Positions 27,498-40,550 of a stretch of 64,000 bases of DNA are shown here, piece after piece (position 1 is the stretch's first letter; each line of letters opens with the position of its first letter). The stretch comes from an uncultured Gemmatimonadales bacterium (lineage in GTDB: Bacteria; Gemmatimonadota; Gemmatimonadetes; Gemmatimonadales; GWC2-71-9). The DNA is taken from positions 1,216,001-1,280,000 of the forward strand of contig CAWHFW010000005.1 of the NCBI GenBank assembly GCA_963828735.1. The letters run 5' to 3'. Under the pieces are notes generated by a model. The model did no database searches. It saw only the letters and a program-made list of their open reading frames with translations, and was not told where the DNA came from. Both the position numbers and the translations under genes were made by a program.

Positions 27498-27534
27498 ACG
27501 ACCAGTCACTATATCTTTGGTGGCTGGTCGTTTT
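27498..27534 (+). terminator. Intrinsic terminator after the GNAT gene
   Basis: ACGACCAGTCACTA-TATCTT-TGGTGGCTGGTCGT, followed by TTTGTCGTTT. Confidence 0.65.
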
Positions 27535-27589
27535 GTCGTTTGGGATGCCAGGGTCCGTCGCTGAGGCGTCACGCCACTAGAGGAAACGC

Positions 27590-28567
27590 ATGGGCATCGC
27601 CCCCGATTCGGCGCGCGAAATCGCCTTGAAAATCGAAGTGTTACGGGACCTCGAGGAGCCGGTCCGCGAGCTCATGGAATCCCACGAGCGGAAGCGGGAC
27701 ATCTGGTTTCCCTCGGAGATCCTGGGGCCCCAGCCCGAGGGCTGCCCCGACGAGTTCACCCGCGCGCTCCGCAATGAGGCCAGAGGGATTCCCGACCCGA
27801 TTCGCGCTGCGCTGGCGCTCAACATGCTGACCGAAGAGGGCCTCCCCCACTTTCACCGCCTCCTCGCCGTGTATCTCGGCGACGACAGCCACTGGCGGGC
27901 CTGGAACAATTTGTGGACGGCGGAGGAAGACCGACACGGCCAGGTGCTGCACGATTACGCCAGGGACACCCGCCTGTTCGATCAGCGGAAGATCGAGGAG
28001 ATGCAGTTCGAGTACATACGGGCCGGCTTCCACCCGGAGTGGGACAGGGACCCGTACCGGGTGTTCGCGTACACCACCGTACAGGAGCGCGCGACGCAGT
28101 TCTCGCATAGCGAGACGGGCCGGATCGTAGGCGAGTACGAGCCCCGCCTTGCCGAGGTGTTGAGCCACGTCGCGAAAGACGAGGCCCGCCACTACGCATT
28201 CTACCGCAGTGTGTTCGAGCTCATCCTCGAGCGTGACCCGAATGGCGCGCTCCACTCGGCATCGTTCATCCTGCCGGCCATCGACATGCCCGGTGTCAGC
28301 ATGCCGGGCTTCAAGGAGCTGGCCGAGGTCATCCGACGGGCGGGCATTTACGGCCCGCGAGACTACCTGCGCATCGTGCAGGAGCAGATCCGTTACTGGA
28401 GGATCGAGAGCCTGCAGGGGCTCAACGAGATCGGTCGGATCGCCCAGGAAAAGATCATGGGCATCCCGGCCAGGCTGAAACGCATCGCCGAGATAATGGA
28501 GACCCGCAGCCGGGCCAAGACGTTCCGCTTCGAAGTCGTGTTCAACCGCGAATTCGCGATGGACTGA
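27590..28567 (+). CDS. Soluble di-iron acyl-ACP desaturase
   Basis: TEEGLP, WTAEEDRHG, QERAT, DEARH (ExxH pairs). Confidence 0.9.
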   Translation: MGIAPDSAREIALKIEVLRDLEEPVRELMESHERKRDIWFPSEILGPQPEGCPDEFTRALRNEARGIPDPIRAALALNMLTEEGLPHFHRLLAVYLGDDSHWRAWNNLWTAEEDRHGQVLHDYARDTRLFDQRKIEEMQFEYIRAGFHPEWDRDPYRVFAYTTVQERATQFSHSETGRIVGEYEPRLAEVLSHVAKDEARHYAFYRSVFELILERDPNGALHSASFILPAIDMPGVSMPGFKELAEVIRRAGIYGPRDYLRIVQEQIRYWRIESLQGLNEIGRIAQEKIMGIPARLKRIAEIMETRSRAKTFRFEVVFNREFAMD

Positions 28568-29016
28568 TGGGCCGAGTCGGGGCGGGAGCCGTGCTCGCGC
28601 TGGTCCTGCTGGCCGGGTGCGGCGCCAAGGACGCCGACCGTCCGCAACGAGCGGAGTCGGAGGACGCCCTTCCTCCCGACGAGCGCGATGCCCAGGCGCT
28701 CGGCCGGGAGGTTTTCGAGCTCGTGGACCGCGCCGTGGACTATCGCGGATCGCACCAGGGGCGGCCCGCGGCATCCTTCCGCCAGATGGGCGTCGACAGC
28801 CTCACGCCGGCCACCGTGCGCCGTCTCGTGAACATCGCGCGCGAGCCCGTCATCACGGTGGCCTACCGCCGGACGGGCGGACGCGAGATCACCTCGTGCC
28901 GCGGCGACAGCCAGATCCTCGAGGAGTCCACCCTGAACGGCGGCCGTTTCACGGTCATGTGTACCACCTCCTCCGGTGCGCAGCGGCCCATGCATGTAGG
29001 CACCGCCGAGCGCTGA
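28567..29016 (+). CDS. Hypothetical lipoprotein
   Basis: LLAGC lipobox. Coupled to the desaturase stop (TGATG). Confidence 0.7.
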   Translation: MGRVGAGAVLALVLLAGCGAKDADRPQRAESEDALPPDERDAQALGREVFELVDRAVDYRGSHQGRPAASFRQMGVDSLTPATVRRLVNIAREPVITVAYRRTGGREITSCRGDSQILEESTLNGGRFTVMCTTSSGAQRPMHVGTAER

Positions 29017-29026
29017 GCCCGACGTC

Positions 29027-29602
29027 ATGGTCTTCGCAGCCATCAGTCTCGCCGCCCGCATCATCGTCGTAGTCGCCCTCGTATACGCGTCGGCGGTAGC
29101 GCTCACGCATTGGGCCGTCCGGAGCCGGCGGATCACGCCATTCGGCCGCTGGCCCCGATTCATTCGACGCGCCAGCGATCCGTTGCTGCTCCCGCTCGAG
29201 CGCCGCGTCATCCGCGCTGGCGGCAGCCCGCAGGATGCCCCGCTCTGGCTCGTGGGGGTCGTCATCGTCGGCGGGTTGCTCCTGCTGAGCCTGACCCAGT
29301 GGCTGACCGGATTCGCCGCGACGCTCGTGGCGATGGGCCACTCGGGTCCGCGCGTCTGGACCCGTTTCCTCGTGAGCGGGCTCTTCACCCTCCTGATTGC
29401 CGCCCTGCTCGTGCGGGTGGTGTCGTCATGGTTCGGGATCTCGCCGTACCGACCCTGGATGCGGCCCGTCATGGTGCTCACCGACTGGATCCTCGATCCG
29501 ATCCGGCGAGTGCTTCCGCCGTTCGGCATGATCGACTTCAGCCCTCTGGTGGCGTGGCTCGTGCTGACGATCGTTCGCGGGTTCGTGATGTCGTGGATCT
29601 GA
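29027..29602 (+). CDS. yggT: YggT-family membrane protein
   Basis: Two YGGT repeats (SDPLLLPLERRV and TDWILDPIRRVLPPFGMIDFSPLVA). Confidence 0.85.
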   Translation: MVFAAISLAARIIVVVALVYASAVALTHWAVRSRRITPFGRWPRFIRRASDPLLLPLERRVIRAGGSPQDAPLWLVGVVIVGGLLLLSLTQWLTGFAATLVAMGHSGPRVWTRFLVSGLFTLLIAALLVRVVSSWFGISPYRPWMRPVMVLTDWILDPIRRVLPPFGMIDFSPLVAWLVLTIVRGFVMSWI

Positions 29603-29675
29603 GCGGTCGGTCGGGGCCGTCAGCCGGGAGCGAAGCACGACGCCCGCCTCACACGGTCCAGCGCGCACCGCATGC

Positions 29676-29975
29676 ATGAATAGCCGCCGCTCCCCGATCG
29701 AGCAGACACCGACCGGCGTGCGCCTGCGATGTCACGTGCAGCCCCGCGCCTCGCGGACCGAGATCGTCGGCCCCCACGACGACGCGCTCAAGCTACGGCT
29801 CGCGGCACCGCCGGTGGACGGCGTGGCGAACGAGGCACTCGTCCGGTTCCTGTCCGAGCGCCTGCAGGTGCCTCGCTCGGCCATCCGGCTCGAGCGAGGC
29901 GCCGGGGCACGGGCGAAGGTGATCGCGATCGAAGGGATCGGCCTCGAGGAGGCCGGTCGCCGGCTCGGCATCTGA
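29676..29975 (+). CDS. yggU: DUF167/UPF0235 protein (YggU)
   Basis: VQPRASRTEI, LAAPPVDGVANEAL. Follows yggT. Confidence 0.88.
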   Translation: MNSRRSPIEQTPTGVRLRCHVQPRASRTEIVGPHDDALKLRLAAPPVDGVANEALVRFLSERLQVPRSAIRLERGAGARAKVIAIEGIGLEEAGRRLGI

Positions 29976-30031
29976 CGCGGTTTGCCCCGCCGGGAGCCCC
30001 CCGTTACCTTACCGGGGTCGAACAATTCGTT

Positions 30032-30077
30032 CGTGGCGATTTGCGCTGCTTGCGGCCACGTTAAACAACCGCTAAAA
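30032..30077 (+). ncRNA. SAM-II (SAM-alpha) riboswitch aptamer
   Basis: CGTGGC-GATTTG...-GCCACG-TTAAACAACCGCTAAAA. P1 is CGTGGC/GCCACG, with the GAUUU loop and the UAAA...GCUAAA tail characteristic of SAM-II. Directly upstream of metH. Confidence 0.85.
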
Positions 30078-30082
30078 CGCAT

Positions 30083-30114
30083 CCCTTGAGGCGTTTTGGC
30101 TTCAGGGGTTTTTT
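30083..30114 (+). terminator. Riboswitch-controlled intrinsic terminator in the metH leader
   Basis: CCCTTGAGGC-GTTTTG-GCTTCAGGGG-TTTTTT. Confidence 0.8.
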
Positions 30115-30131
30115 GATCCCCGGAGCGCCCC

Positions 30132-33869
<3,738 letters not shown>

Positions 33870-33870
33870 C

Positions 33871-35751
33871 GTGCCCACCCTGCGCGAGCTGCTGGCGGAC
33901 AGCCGCGTCCACGTCGTGGACGGGGCGATGGGCACGATGCTCTACGGGCGCGGCGTGTTCCTGAACGTCTGCTACGACGAGCTCAACCTCCGGCAGCCGG
34001 ACCTGGTGCGGGACATTCACCGGGAATACGTGCGTGCCGGCGCCGAGCTGCTCGAAACCAACACGTTCGGCGCGAACCCGCTCAAGCTCGCGACGCACGG
34101 GCTGGCCGACGAGACCGAGCGGATCAACACCGCGGCCTCCACGCTGGCGCGCGAGGCGGCCGGGACGCGCGCGGCCGTGCTCGGCGCGATCGGCCCCCTC
34201 GGCGTGCGGGTCGAGCCGTTCGGCGAGCTCTCGCTGGACGAGGCCTGTGCGATGTACTCGCGACAGGCGCGCGGACTCCTCGTCGGTGGAGTGGACGGCT
34301 TCATCCTCGAGACATTCAGCGACGTGGCCGAGCTGGGCGCCGCCGTGCACGCGGTCCGGAGCGTCTCGGATCTGCCCATCATCGCCCAGATGACCGTCGG
34401 CACCGACGGAAAGACGCACTACGGCACGGATCCGCTGGTGTTCGGGCCCGAGCTGCAGGCGATGGGCGTGGACGTGATCGGCGTGAACTGCTCCGTGGGG
34501 CCGCATGGCGTGCTCGAGGCGGTCGAGAAGCTCGCGCGCGTGGTCACACTCCCCATCTCCGCGCAGCCCAACGCCGGCCTTCCCCGCGAGGTGGCCGACC
34601 GCAAGATCTACATGGCCTCCCCGGAGTACATGGCCAGCTACGCGCGGCGCATGGTCGAGGCTGGCGCCCGCCTGGTCGGCGGGTGCTGCGGGACGACGCC
34701 CGACCACATCCGCGCGATGGTGGGCTTCGTCCAGAGCGTCTCCCCGCGGCACGCGTTCGACATGGGCACCCTGCCGCCGCCGGCGCCGACGGTGGCGATC
34801 GAGCCCGTCCCGCTGGCGACGCGCTCCCGCCTGGGCGCCAAGCTCGCCGAAGGCCGCTTCGTGACGACGGTCGAAATCGTGCCGCCCAAGGGCGTCGACC
34901 CCGCGCCGATGTTTGCCCAGGTGCGGCAGCTCAAAGCGGCCGGCGTGGATGCGGTCAACGTGCCGGACGGCCCCCGCGCCCAGAGCCGCATGGGCGCGCT
35001 GCTGTCCGCCGTGATGATCGAGCGCGAGGTCGGGCTGGAGGCAGTCGTGCACTACGCCTGCCGCGACCGCAACCTGCTCGGCATGCTGTCCGACCTGCTC
35101 GGCGCCTCGGCTGCCGGTGTACGGAACCTCCTCATCATCACGGGGGATCCTCCGAAGATGGGACCGTATCCCGAGGCCACGGCGGTGTTCGACATCGACA
35201 GCATCGGGCTCACCAACCTGGTGGACCGACTGAATCGCGGCCTCGATCCCGGCGGCAACCCGATCGGACAGCCGACGAAATTCGTCATCGGCGTGGGGGT
35301 AAACCCGGCCGCGCCCGACTTCGAGCGCGAGCTCAAGCGCTTCGCCTACAAGGTGGAGGCGGGCGCGGAGTACGCGATCACACAGCCGGTCTTCGACCTG
35401 GCGCAGCTCGACCGCTTTCTGGCGCACGCCGAGGGCTTTCGGATCCCCGTGGTGGCGGGAATCTGGCCGCTCGTATCGCTTCGGAATGCGGAGTTCCTCG
35501 CCAACGAAGTGCCCGGCGTGAGCGTGCCGGACGCCATCGTGGATCGGATGCGCGCGGCGAGCGCCAACGGCAAGGAGGAGGCGCTCGCCGAAGGCGTGCG
35601 CATCTCGCGCGAGATGCTCGTGGCGGTGGCGGAGCGGGTTCAGGGCGTCCAGGTCTCGGCGCCCCTTGGGCGCGTCTCGGTGGCGCTCGAAGTGCTCGAA
35701 GCAGCGCCGATTGAACCCGTCGCAAGTCGAGGATATACTCCCCCCACCTGA
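33871..35751 (+). CDS. Bifunctional homocysteine S-methyltransferase / methylenetetrahydrofolate reductase (YitJ-like)
   Basis: N-terminal DGAMGT, GVNC and GGCCGTTP. C-terminal MTHFR motifs VEIVPP, CRDRN, ITGDPP, ITQPVFD. Confidence 0.92.
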   Translation: MPTLRELLADSRVHVVDGAMGTMLYGRGVFLNVCYDELNLRQPDLVRDIHREYVRAGAELLETNTFGANPLKLATHGLADETERINTAASTLAREAAGTRAAVLGAIGPLGVRVEPFGELSLDEACAMYSRQARGLLVGGVDGFILETFSDVAELGAAVHAVRSVSDLPIIAQMTVGTDGKTHYGTDPLVFGPELQAMGVDVIGVNCSVGPHGVLEAVEKLARVVTLPISAQPNAGLPREVADRKIYMASPEYMASYARRMVEAGARLVGGCCGTTPDHIRAMVGFVQSVSPRHAFDMGTLPPPAPTVAIEPVPLATRSRLGAKLAEGRFVTTVEIVPPKGVDPAPMFAQVRQLKAAGVDAVNVPDGPRAQSRMGALLSAVMIEREVGLEAVVHYACRDRNLLGMLSDLLGASAAGVRNLLIITGDPPKMGPYPEATAVFDIDSIGLTNLVDRLNRGLDPGGNPIGQPTKFVIGVGVNPAAPDFERELKRFAYKVEAGAEYAITQPVFDLAQLDRFLAHAEGFRIPVVAGIWPLVSLRNAEFLANEVPGVSVPDAIVDRMRAASANGKEEALAEGVRISREMLVAVAERVQGVQVSAPLGRVSVALEVLEAAPIEPVASRGYTPPT

Positions 35752-35790
35752 CGCACGCCGCCGACCGACCCTCCCCCGGAGCCCCGTCGC

Positions 35791-36954
35791 ATGCAGGACC
35801 TCCGTAGCGCCGCTCCCGCCCTGACTTCGCTGTCCGAAGAAGAACAGATGTTCCGCGACGCGGTGCGGGAGTTCGCCGAGTCGGAGGTGCGGCCGCACGT
35901 TCAGGCGATGGACGAGGCGGCGCAGTTCCGCCCGGACCTGATCCCCAGGTTCTTCGAGCTCGGCCTCATGGGCATCGAGATTCCGGAGGAGTTCGGCGGC
36001 GCCGGCGGCGGCATCTTCATGTCGGCGCTGGCCATCGAAGAGCTGGCCCGGGTGGACGCGTCCGCCGCGATCTACGTCGACGTCCACAATACGCTGGTGA
36101 ACAACGGCTTCCTTCGTTGGGGCAACGAAGAGCAGCGGCGACGGTACTTCCCGCAACTCACCACCGGGCTGCTGGGCGCGTTCGCGCTCTCGGAACCGGG
36201 GAGCGGCAGCGACGCGTTCGCTCTCGCCACGCGCGCGGAGCGCACGGGCGAAGGCTGGGAGCTCACCGGACGAAAGTTCTGGATCACGAACGGCGCCGAA
36301 GCCGGCGTGTTCATCGTGTTCGCCAATGCGGACCCGTCCAAGGGCTACAAGGGCATCACGGGGTTCATCGTCGAGCGGGGCTTCGAGGGGTTCGGCGTCG
36401 GGAAGAAGGAAAACAAGCTCGGCATCCGCGCGTCCAGCACCACCGAGCTCATCCTGGAGCGGTGCCGCGTTCCGGACACGAACGTCCTCGGTCCCGTGGG
36501 ACAGGGCTACAAGATCGCCATCGAAACGCTGAATGAAGGGCGCATCGGCATCGGCGCGCAGATGATCGGCATCGCCACCGGGGCGCTCGAAGCCGCGACG
36601 GCCTACGTCAAGGAGCGCCATCAGTTCGGCAAGGCGATCGCGGAGTTCCAGGGAGTGCAGTTCCAGCTCGCGCAGATGGCCACGGACCTGGAGGCCGCCC
36701 GGCTCATGGTCTACAACGCCGCGCGCCTCAAGGATGCCGGGCAGCCTTTCGCTCAGCAGGCCGCGATGGCCAAGCTGTTCAGCTCCCAGGTCGCGGACCG
36801 GACCACGTCGAACTGCCTGGAGCTGTTCGGCGGCTACGGCTACTCGAAGGAGTATCCAGCGGAGAAGTACTACCGCGACGCGAAGATCGGGACGATCTAC
36901 GAGGGAACGAGCAACATGCAGCTCCAGACCATCGCCAAGACGATGCTCAAGTAG
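35791..36954 (+). CDS. Acyl-CoA dehydrogenase (short/branched-chain type)
   Basis: FALSEPGSGSDA, KFWITNG, KLGIRASST, GGYGY, IYEGTSNMQ. Confidence 0.93.
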   Translation: MQDLRSAAPALTSLSEEEQMFRDAVREFAESEVRPHVQAMDEAAQFRPDLIPRFFELGLMGIEIPEEFGGAGGGIFMSALAIEELARVDASAAIYVDVHNTLVNNGFLRWGNEEQRRRYFPQLTTGLLGAFALSEPGSGSDAFALATRAERTGEGWELTGRKFWITNGAEAGVFIVFANADPSKGYKGITGFIVERGFEGFGVGKKENKLGIRASSTTELILERCRVPDTNVLGPVGQGYKIAIETLNEGRIGIGAQMIGIATGALEAATAYVKERHQFGKAIAEFQGVQFQLAQMATDLEAARLMVYNAARLKDAGQPFAQQAAMAKLFSSQVADRTTSNCLELFGGYGYSKEYPAEKYYRDAKIGTIYEGTSNMQLQTIAKTMLK

Positions 36955-36983
36955 CGGCCGTGCCGTTTCCTGAAGCCCGGAAC

Positions 36984-37010
36984 GGGCATGCCTGGACGGG
37001 TGCCCTTTTT
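36984..37010 (+). terminator. Terminator after the acyl-CoA dehydrogenase
   Basis: GGGCATGCC-TGGAC-GGGTGCCC-TTTTT. Confidence 0.65.
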
Positions 37011-37022
37011 CACGTCCGGAAA

Positions 37023-37217
37023 CCGCTGGGTGTAGTGCGGAAGGGGAGCGTCCGTGGCCCGGTCGCCACGGCGACGTCGCTGGCTGGAGGGCGAACCGGC
37101 CCCCAACCCCTCCTTCACAGGGGTGACCGGCCACCCGCATCTGGGCCCGGTATTTGCGCTTAGTCGGTCTGCCAGGCGGAGATTGCCGCCCCGGCGAGAT
37201 CCGGTCGGCTTCAGCGG
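37023..37217 (-). ncRNA. Candidate unassigned structured RNA (~195 nt)
   Basis: Closing helix CCGCTG/CAGCGG and several internal hairpins. G-U pairs and UUCG/GUGA loops favour the minus strand. I could not match it to a known family. Confidence 0.4.
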
Positions 37218-37320
37218 CGTAAAATCGTACATTGCTTGGTGTTATAGGGTTGACTGGCAGGCCGTCCCGGGCGACATTCCCCGCCCCGACATCGTAGGCC
37301 CCTTCTCGCAGGGAAGCGCC

Positions 37321-38910
37321 GTGGTTCTTTCATCGCTCCGTCGCCGTGTCGTGCTGCTGGCACTGACGGCCTTGATCCAGATTCCCTCTGCACCCCTCGC
37401 GGCGCAAACCGACGCCGGGTGGCTCACCGGGCGCATGGACGAGTGGTATCATCGCACCCAGCGCACTTCGCCCGGCGACTGGGGAATCGCGATTGCCGAT
37501 CAGTCCGGCCGCGTGCTCTGGAGTGTGGATCCCGACCAGCCACTCATGCCGGCCTCGACGGTCAAGCTGTTCACCACCGGCTTCGCCCGCAGCGTCCTCG
37601 GTGGAACGGCCCGACGCCCCACGCGCATCGTAGGCGAAGGCGCGCTGGACTCGACCAGCGGCGAATGGATCGGCAGCTGGGCCCTCGAGGTGAATGGAGA
37701 CCCGTCGCTCGAGCGCGCCGAGGGCTCCGGTCCCACGCTCTACGACCTGGCGCTTCAGCTGGCGGGCACCGGAGTCCGCAAGCTGACGGGTCCCCTCCAG
37801 CTTCAAAGCTCGAACGGACCGGCCGACGCGATCTATCCGGTGGTCTGGTCCTCGCACCACCAGGGGCGCATCTTCGCGCCGCTGGTCGGCCCGCTCACGC
37901 TTCACGAAAACGTCGTCTGGATCACCGTGCAGCCCGGCGCCCGTGTCGGCCAGCGGCCGCGCATCATCGAGACGGCGCCGGATGGCATCCGCTCCATGGT
38001 TACGGTCACCGCAGGCACGCGGTCCGGCCGGCGCTCGCGCCTGGCGCTCCGTGCCCGCGCCGACGGTGGATGGGTGCTGTCCGGCACCATCGGCGTCCGC
38101 GCCGTGCCGCGCCGCCTGACCGCGATCGCCCGGGACCCGCGGGCGGTGATGAGCGCCGTCTGGGCCGGCGCCCTTCAGCGTGCCGGCATCCGCTGGAACC
38201 CGGCTCCCTACGTGGGCGCACCACCTACCGGCGGACGGCAGATCCTGGCGGAAGTCTCCTCGCCGCCGCTCGACTCGCTGGCGAGCGAGATCAACAGGCG
38301 GAGCCTGAATCTGGGAGCGGAGCTGCTCCTGCAGTGGGCCGGCGGGCGCGATCACGCTCCGGCATTGCTCACGGACCATGTCCGCCAAGTGGTCGGGGCG
38401 GAGGCCGGCGTCACGCTGGTGGACGGCAGCGGGCTCTCCTACGATGACCGCGTCACCCCGCGGGCTTTTGTGACCTACCTGGCCAGGTTTCCCACCACGC
38501 CCGCGGGTCGGAATTTCCCGATGCTGCTCCCGGCCAACGGCACGGGTACCCTGCACCGCCTGAACAGCGGCTTCCCGGGCGTCGGCGTCGTTCGCGCCAA
38601 GACGGGCACGCTCGGCCGGGTGTCGACCGTGGTCGGCTATCTGGGCAGACCGGAGGGTACGCTGCTGGTCGCGCTGATGTACAACGGCGGACGGCCCTGG
38701 GCGGCGCGGCAGGCGCAGTGGAAGTTGTTCCGCGAACTGGGCGCCAACGGCGTCGTCATCCCGACCGATACGGTGCCCGACGTGCCGCCGGCCCAGCTCG
38801 GTGGTGATCCGACCAGCCCGCCGCCGTCCTGGTGGCCCGCCGGCGCCGACGAGAGCGACACGGTCGCCGTGGATGCCGAGGCGATTGACTCGACGCCCCA
38901 GGCGCACTGA
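37321..38910 (+). CDS. dacB: D-alanyl-D-alanine carboxypeptidase/endopeptidase (PBP4, peptidase S13)
   Basis: SxxK (ASTVK), SxN (RSLN), DGSGLS, KTGT. Signal peptide after the GTG at 37321. Confidence 0.88.
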   Translation: MVLSSLRRRVVLLALTALIQIPSAPLAAQTDAGWLTGRMDEWYHRTQRTSPGDWGIAIADQSGRVLWSVDPDQPLMPASTVKLFTTGFARSVLGGTARRPTRIVGEGALDSTSGEWIGSWALEVNGDPSLERAEGSGPTLYDLALQLAGTGVRKLTGPLQLQSSNGPADAIYPVVWSSHHQGRIFAPLVGPLTLHENVVWITVQPGARVGQRPRIIETAPDGIRSMVTVTAGTRSGRRSRLALRARADGGWVLSGTIGVRAVPRRLTAIARDPRAVMSAVWAGALQRAGIRWNPAPYVGAPPTGGRQILAEVSSPPLDSLASEINRRSLNLGAELLLQWAGGRDHAPALLTDHVRQVVGAEAGVTLVDGSGLSYDDRVTPRAFVTYLARFPTTPAGRNFPMLLPANGTGTLHRLNSGFPGVGVVRAKTGTLGRVSTVVGYLGRPEGTLLVALMYNGGRPWAARQAQWKLFRELGANGVVIPTDTVPDVPPAQLGGDPTSPPPSWWPAGADESDTVAVDAEAIDSTPQAH

Positions 38911-38945
38911 GGCGCGACGCGGCGACCGCTGCTGCCGGAAGCGCG

Positions 38946-38980
38946 AGGGGCCTGCTCCACAGAGCAGGCCCCTTTCTCTT
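38946..38980 (+). terminator. Terminator between convergent dacB and anti-sigma genes
   Basis: AGGGGCCTGCTC-CACA-GAGCAGGCCCCT-TTCTCTT, a 12-bp perfect stem. Confidence 0.8.
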
Positions 38981-39007
38981 GCCTGGGCCTCCACGATCGT
39001 GACGCGC

Positions 39008-39733
39008 TCAGAACACGACGTGCGCGAGCGTGACCCCCTCGGGCTCGTCCGATCGATTCACGGCCGGCTCCATCGTCAGAGCGGCGCCCCTCACCGGCGC
39101 GGCGACTCCCGGCATGGGGAGGGTCATGAACGCCGGTCGCTGCATGTCGGCATTGATTTCGACCGACCGCACCATGCCGCTCTCGGTGATGAACCAGAAC
39201 TGGTACTTGTTACCCACCGGCGCCGGGGGAAGCCCGTGGACGATGACGCACCAGCGATGCGAGACCGCGTCCTGGAAGATGAGGAGGCCGCCGTGATGTC
39301 CGTTCATCGAGATCTGGGTCTGCAGGACCACGTTCGCACGCCGGAGCACGGACAGCGTGTCCTCAAGCGCCGCGAGACGGGTTTCGCGGGCGACGAGCTG
39401 CGACCGCAGCTCGCGGCCATCGCGCCGCGCCGAGAGCACGGAGCCACCAGCGGCCAGGGCGAGCACAGCCGCGGCGGCCATCGGCAGCCAGCGCCGCCAG
39501 CGATGAGGCCGATCGAGGACCTCGGCGGCCACGCGGCGGGAGAATCCCGGGGCGGGCGCCACCGGCGTCACACCCATCGGAAGCCAGGCGAGGTCGCGCT
39601 CGAGCGTCGCGACCTCTCGGGTGCACTCCTCGCAGCGGACGAGATGATCGCGGAAGGTCCGCTCCTCCCCGGGTTCGAGGCTGCGGGCCACGAACCCGGC
39701 GCGGTTCTCGACGTACCAATCGTGAGCCGTCAT
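39008..39733 (-). CDS. Anti-sigma factor (zf-HC2, TM, RskA-like C-terminus)
   Basis: HLVRCEEC, a TM segment, GLPP...YQFW...ALTMEP (RskA-like). Overlaps the sigma stop. Confidence 0.85.
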   Translation of the reverse strand: MTAHDWYVENRAGFVARSLEPGEERTFRDHLVRCEECTREVATLERDLAWLPMGVTPVAPAPGFSRRVAAEVLDRPHRWRRWLPMAAAAVLALAAGGSVLSARRDGRELRSQLVARETRLAALEDTLSVLRRANVVLQTQISMNGHHGGLLIFQDAVSHRWCVIVHGLPPAPVGNKYQFWFITESGMVRSVEINADMQRPAFMTLPMPGVAAPVRGAALTMEPAVNRSDEPEGVTLAHVVF

Positions 39734-40377
39734 GCGAGCCAGTCCTTGATCGGTGCGAGAGATGCACGGAGCTTGTCGAACGCCAGGCGGAGACGGGTCT
39801 TCACGGTTCCCATGGGGATTCCGAGCCGTTTCGCGATTTCCGAGTGCGTCAGACCTTCGAAGTACGCCAGCCGTACCACCTCCCGCTGTTCCGCGGGCAG
39901 CCGCTCGAGGGCCGCGTGCACCGATTCGTGCACATGCCACCCGGGGGTGGCGGCCTCGTCGACTTCCTTCGCGCGCACCCGATCAGCCGGCAGCTCGCCG
40001 TAGGCATCCGCGCGCGCCAGCTTCTGGCGCCAGCGACGGCGCCTGCGCAACCGGTCGATGGCGCGGTTGCGCGCGATCCTGAGCAACCAGGGCAGCAGCG
40101 CGTCGTGCTCGTCGCCGAGCGCGCCGACTCGCTCCCACGCCGTGGCGAAGACCTCCAGGACGACCTCCTCCGCCTCGTCCTGGTCGCTCAGCATGGAGGC
40201 GGTGAGACCGAGTAACCAGGGGCTCGCCGCCTCGATGAGCTCGACCAGCGCCTGCTCATCGCGCGCCATGAGCCGGCGCCGGAGGGTTGCCTCGCCGGCA
40301 AGCGCGAGCTGGCGCCGGCCCGCTGGTTCACCTGACGGACCGCGAGGACTCGCGCGCGGCGGCTCGGAATCGGGCAT
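39730..40377 (-). CDS. ECF RNA polymerase sigma factor (SigK-like)
   Basis: AEEVVLEVF, WLLRIARNRAIDRLR, LAYFEGLTHSEIA, GTVKTRLR. Confidence 0.92.
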   Translation of the reverse strand: MPDSEPPRASPRGPSGEPAGRRQLALAGEATLRRRLMARDEQALVELIEAASPWLLGLTASMLSDQDEAEEVVLEVFATAWERVGALGDEHDALLPWLLRIARNRAIDRLRRRRRWRQKLARADAYGELPADRVRAKEVDEAATPGWHVHESVHAALERLPAEQREVVRLAYFEGLTHSEIAKRLGIPMGTVKTRLRLAFDKLRASLAPIKDWLA

Positions 40378-40550
40378 CGGCCTACTTATGCATCATCGAG
40401 CCGCCCGGCGCCAGCCACGTCTGTGCTGCGTCATGTCCGGCTCCTCCCTGGGCGCACTGTGGACCGTCCACAGAGAGGGAACGACCGAACGCGACATCCG
40501 GTTCTGCCGCGTTGGGTACCGTGGCCGGAAGGGGCGGGGATGGCGTGGCG

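Noticed and set aside
37023..37217. Assignment as c-di-AMP, cobalamin, ZTP or glmS riboswitch, 6S, SRP, tmRNA or group I intron
   Set aside because: Only isolated short matches (GGGGTGA, GGGGAGCG, GACTA) are present. The required conserved cores are missing or out of order.
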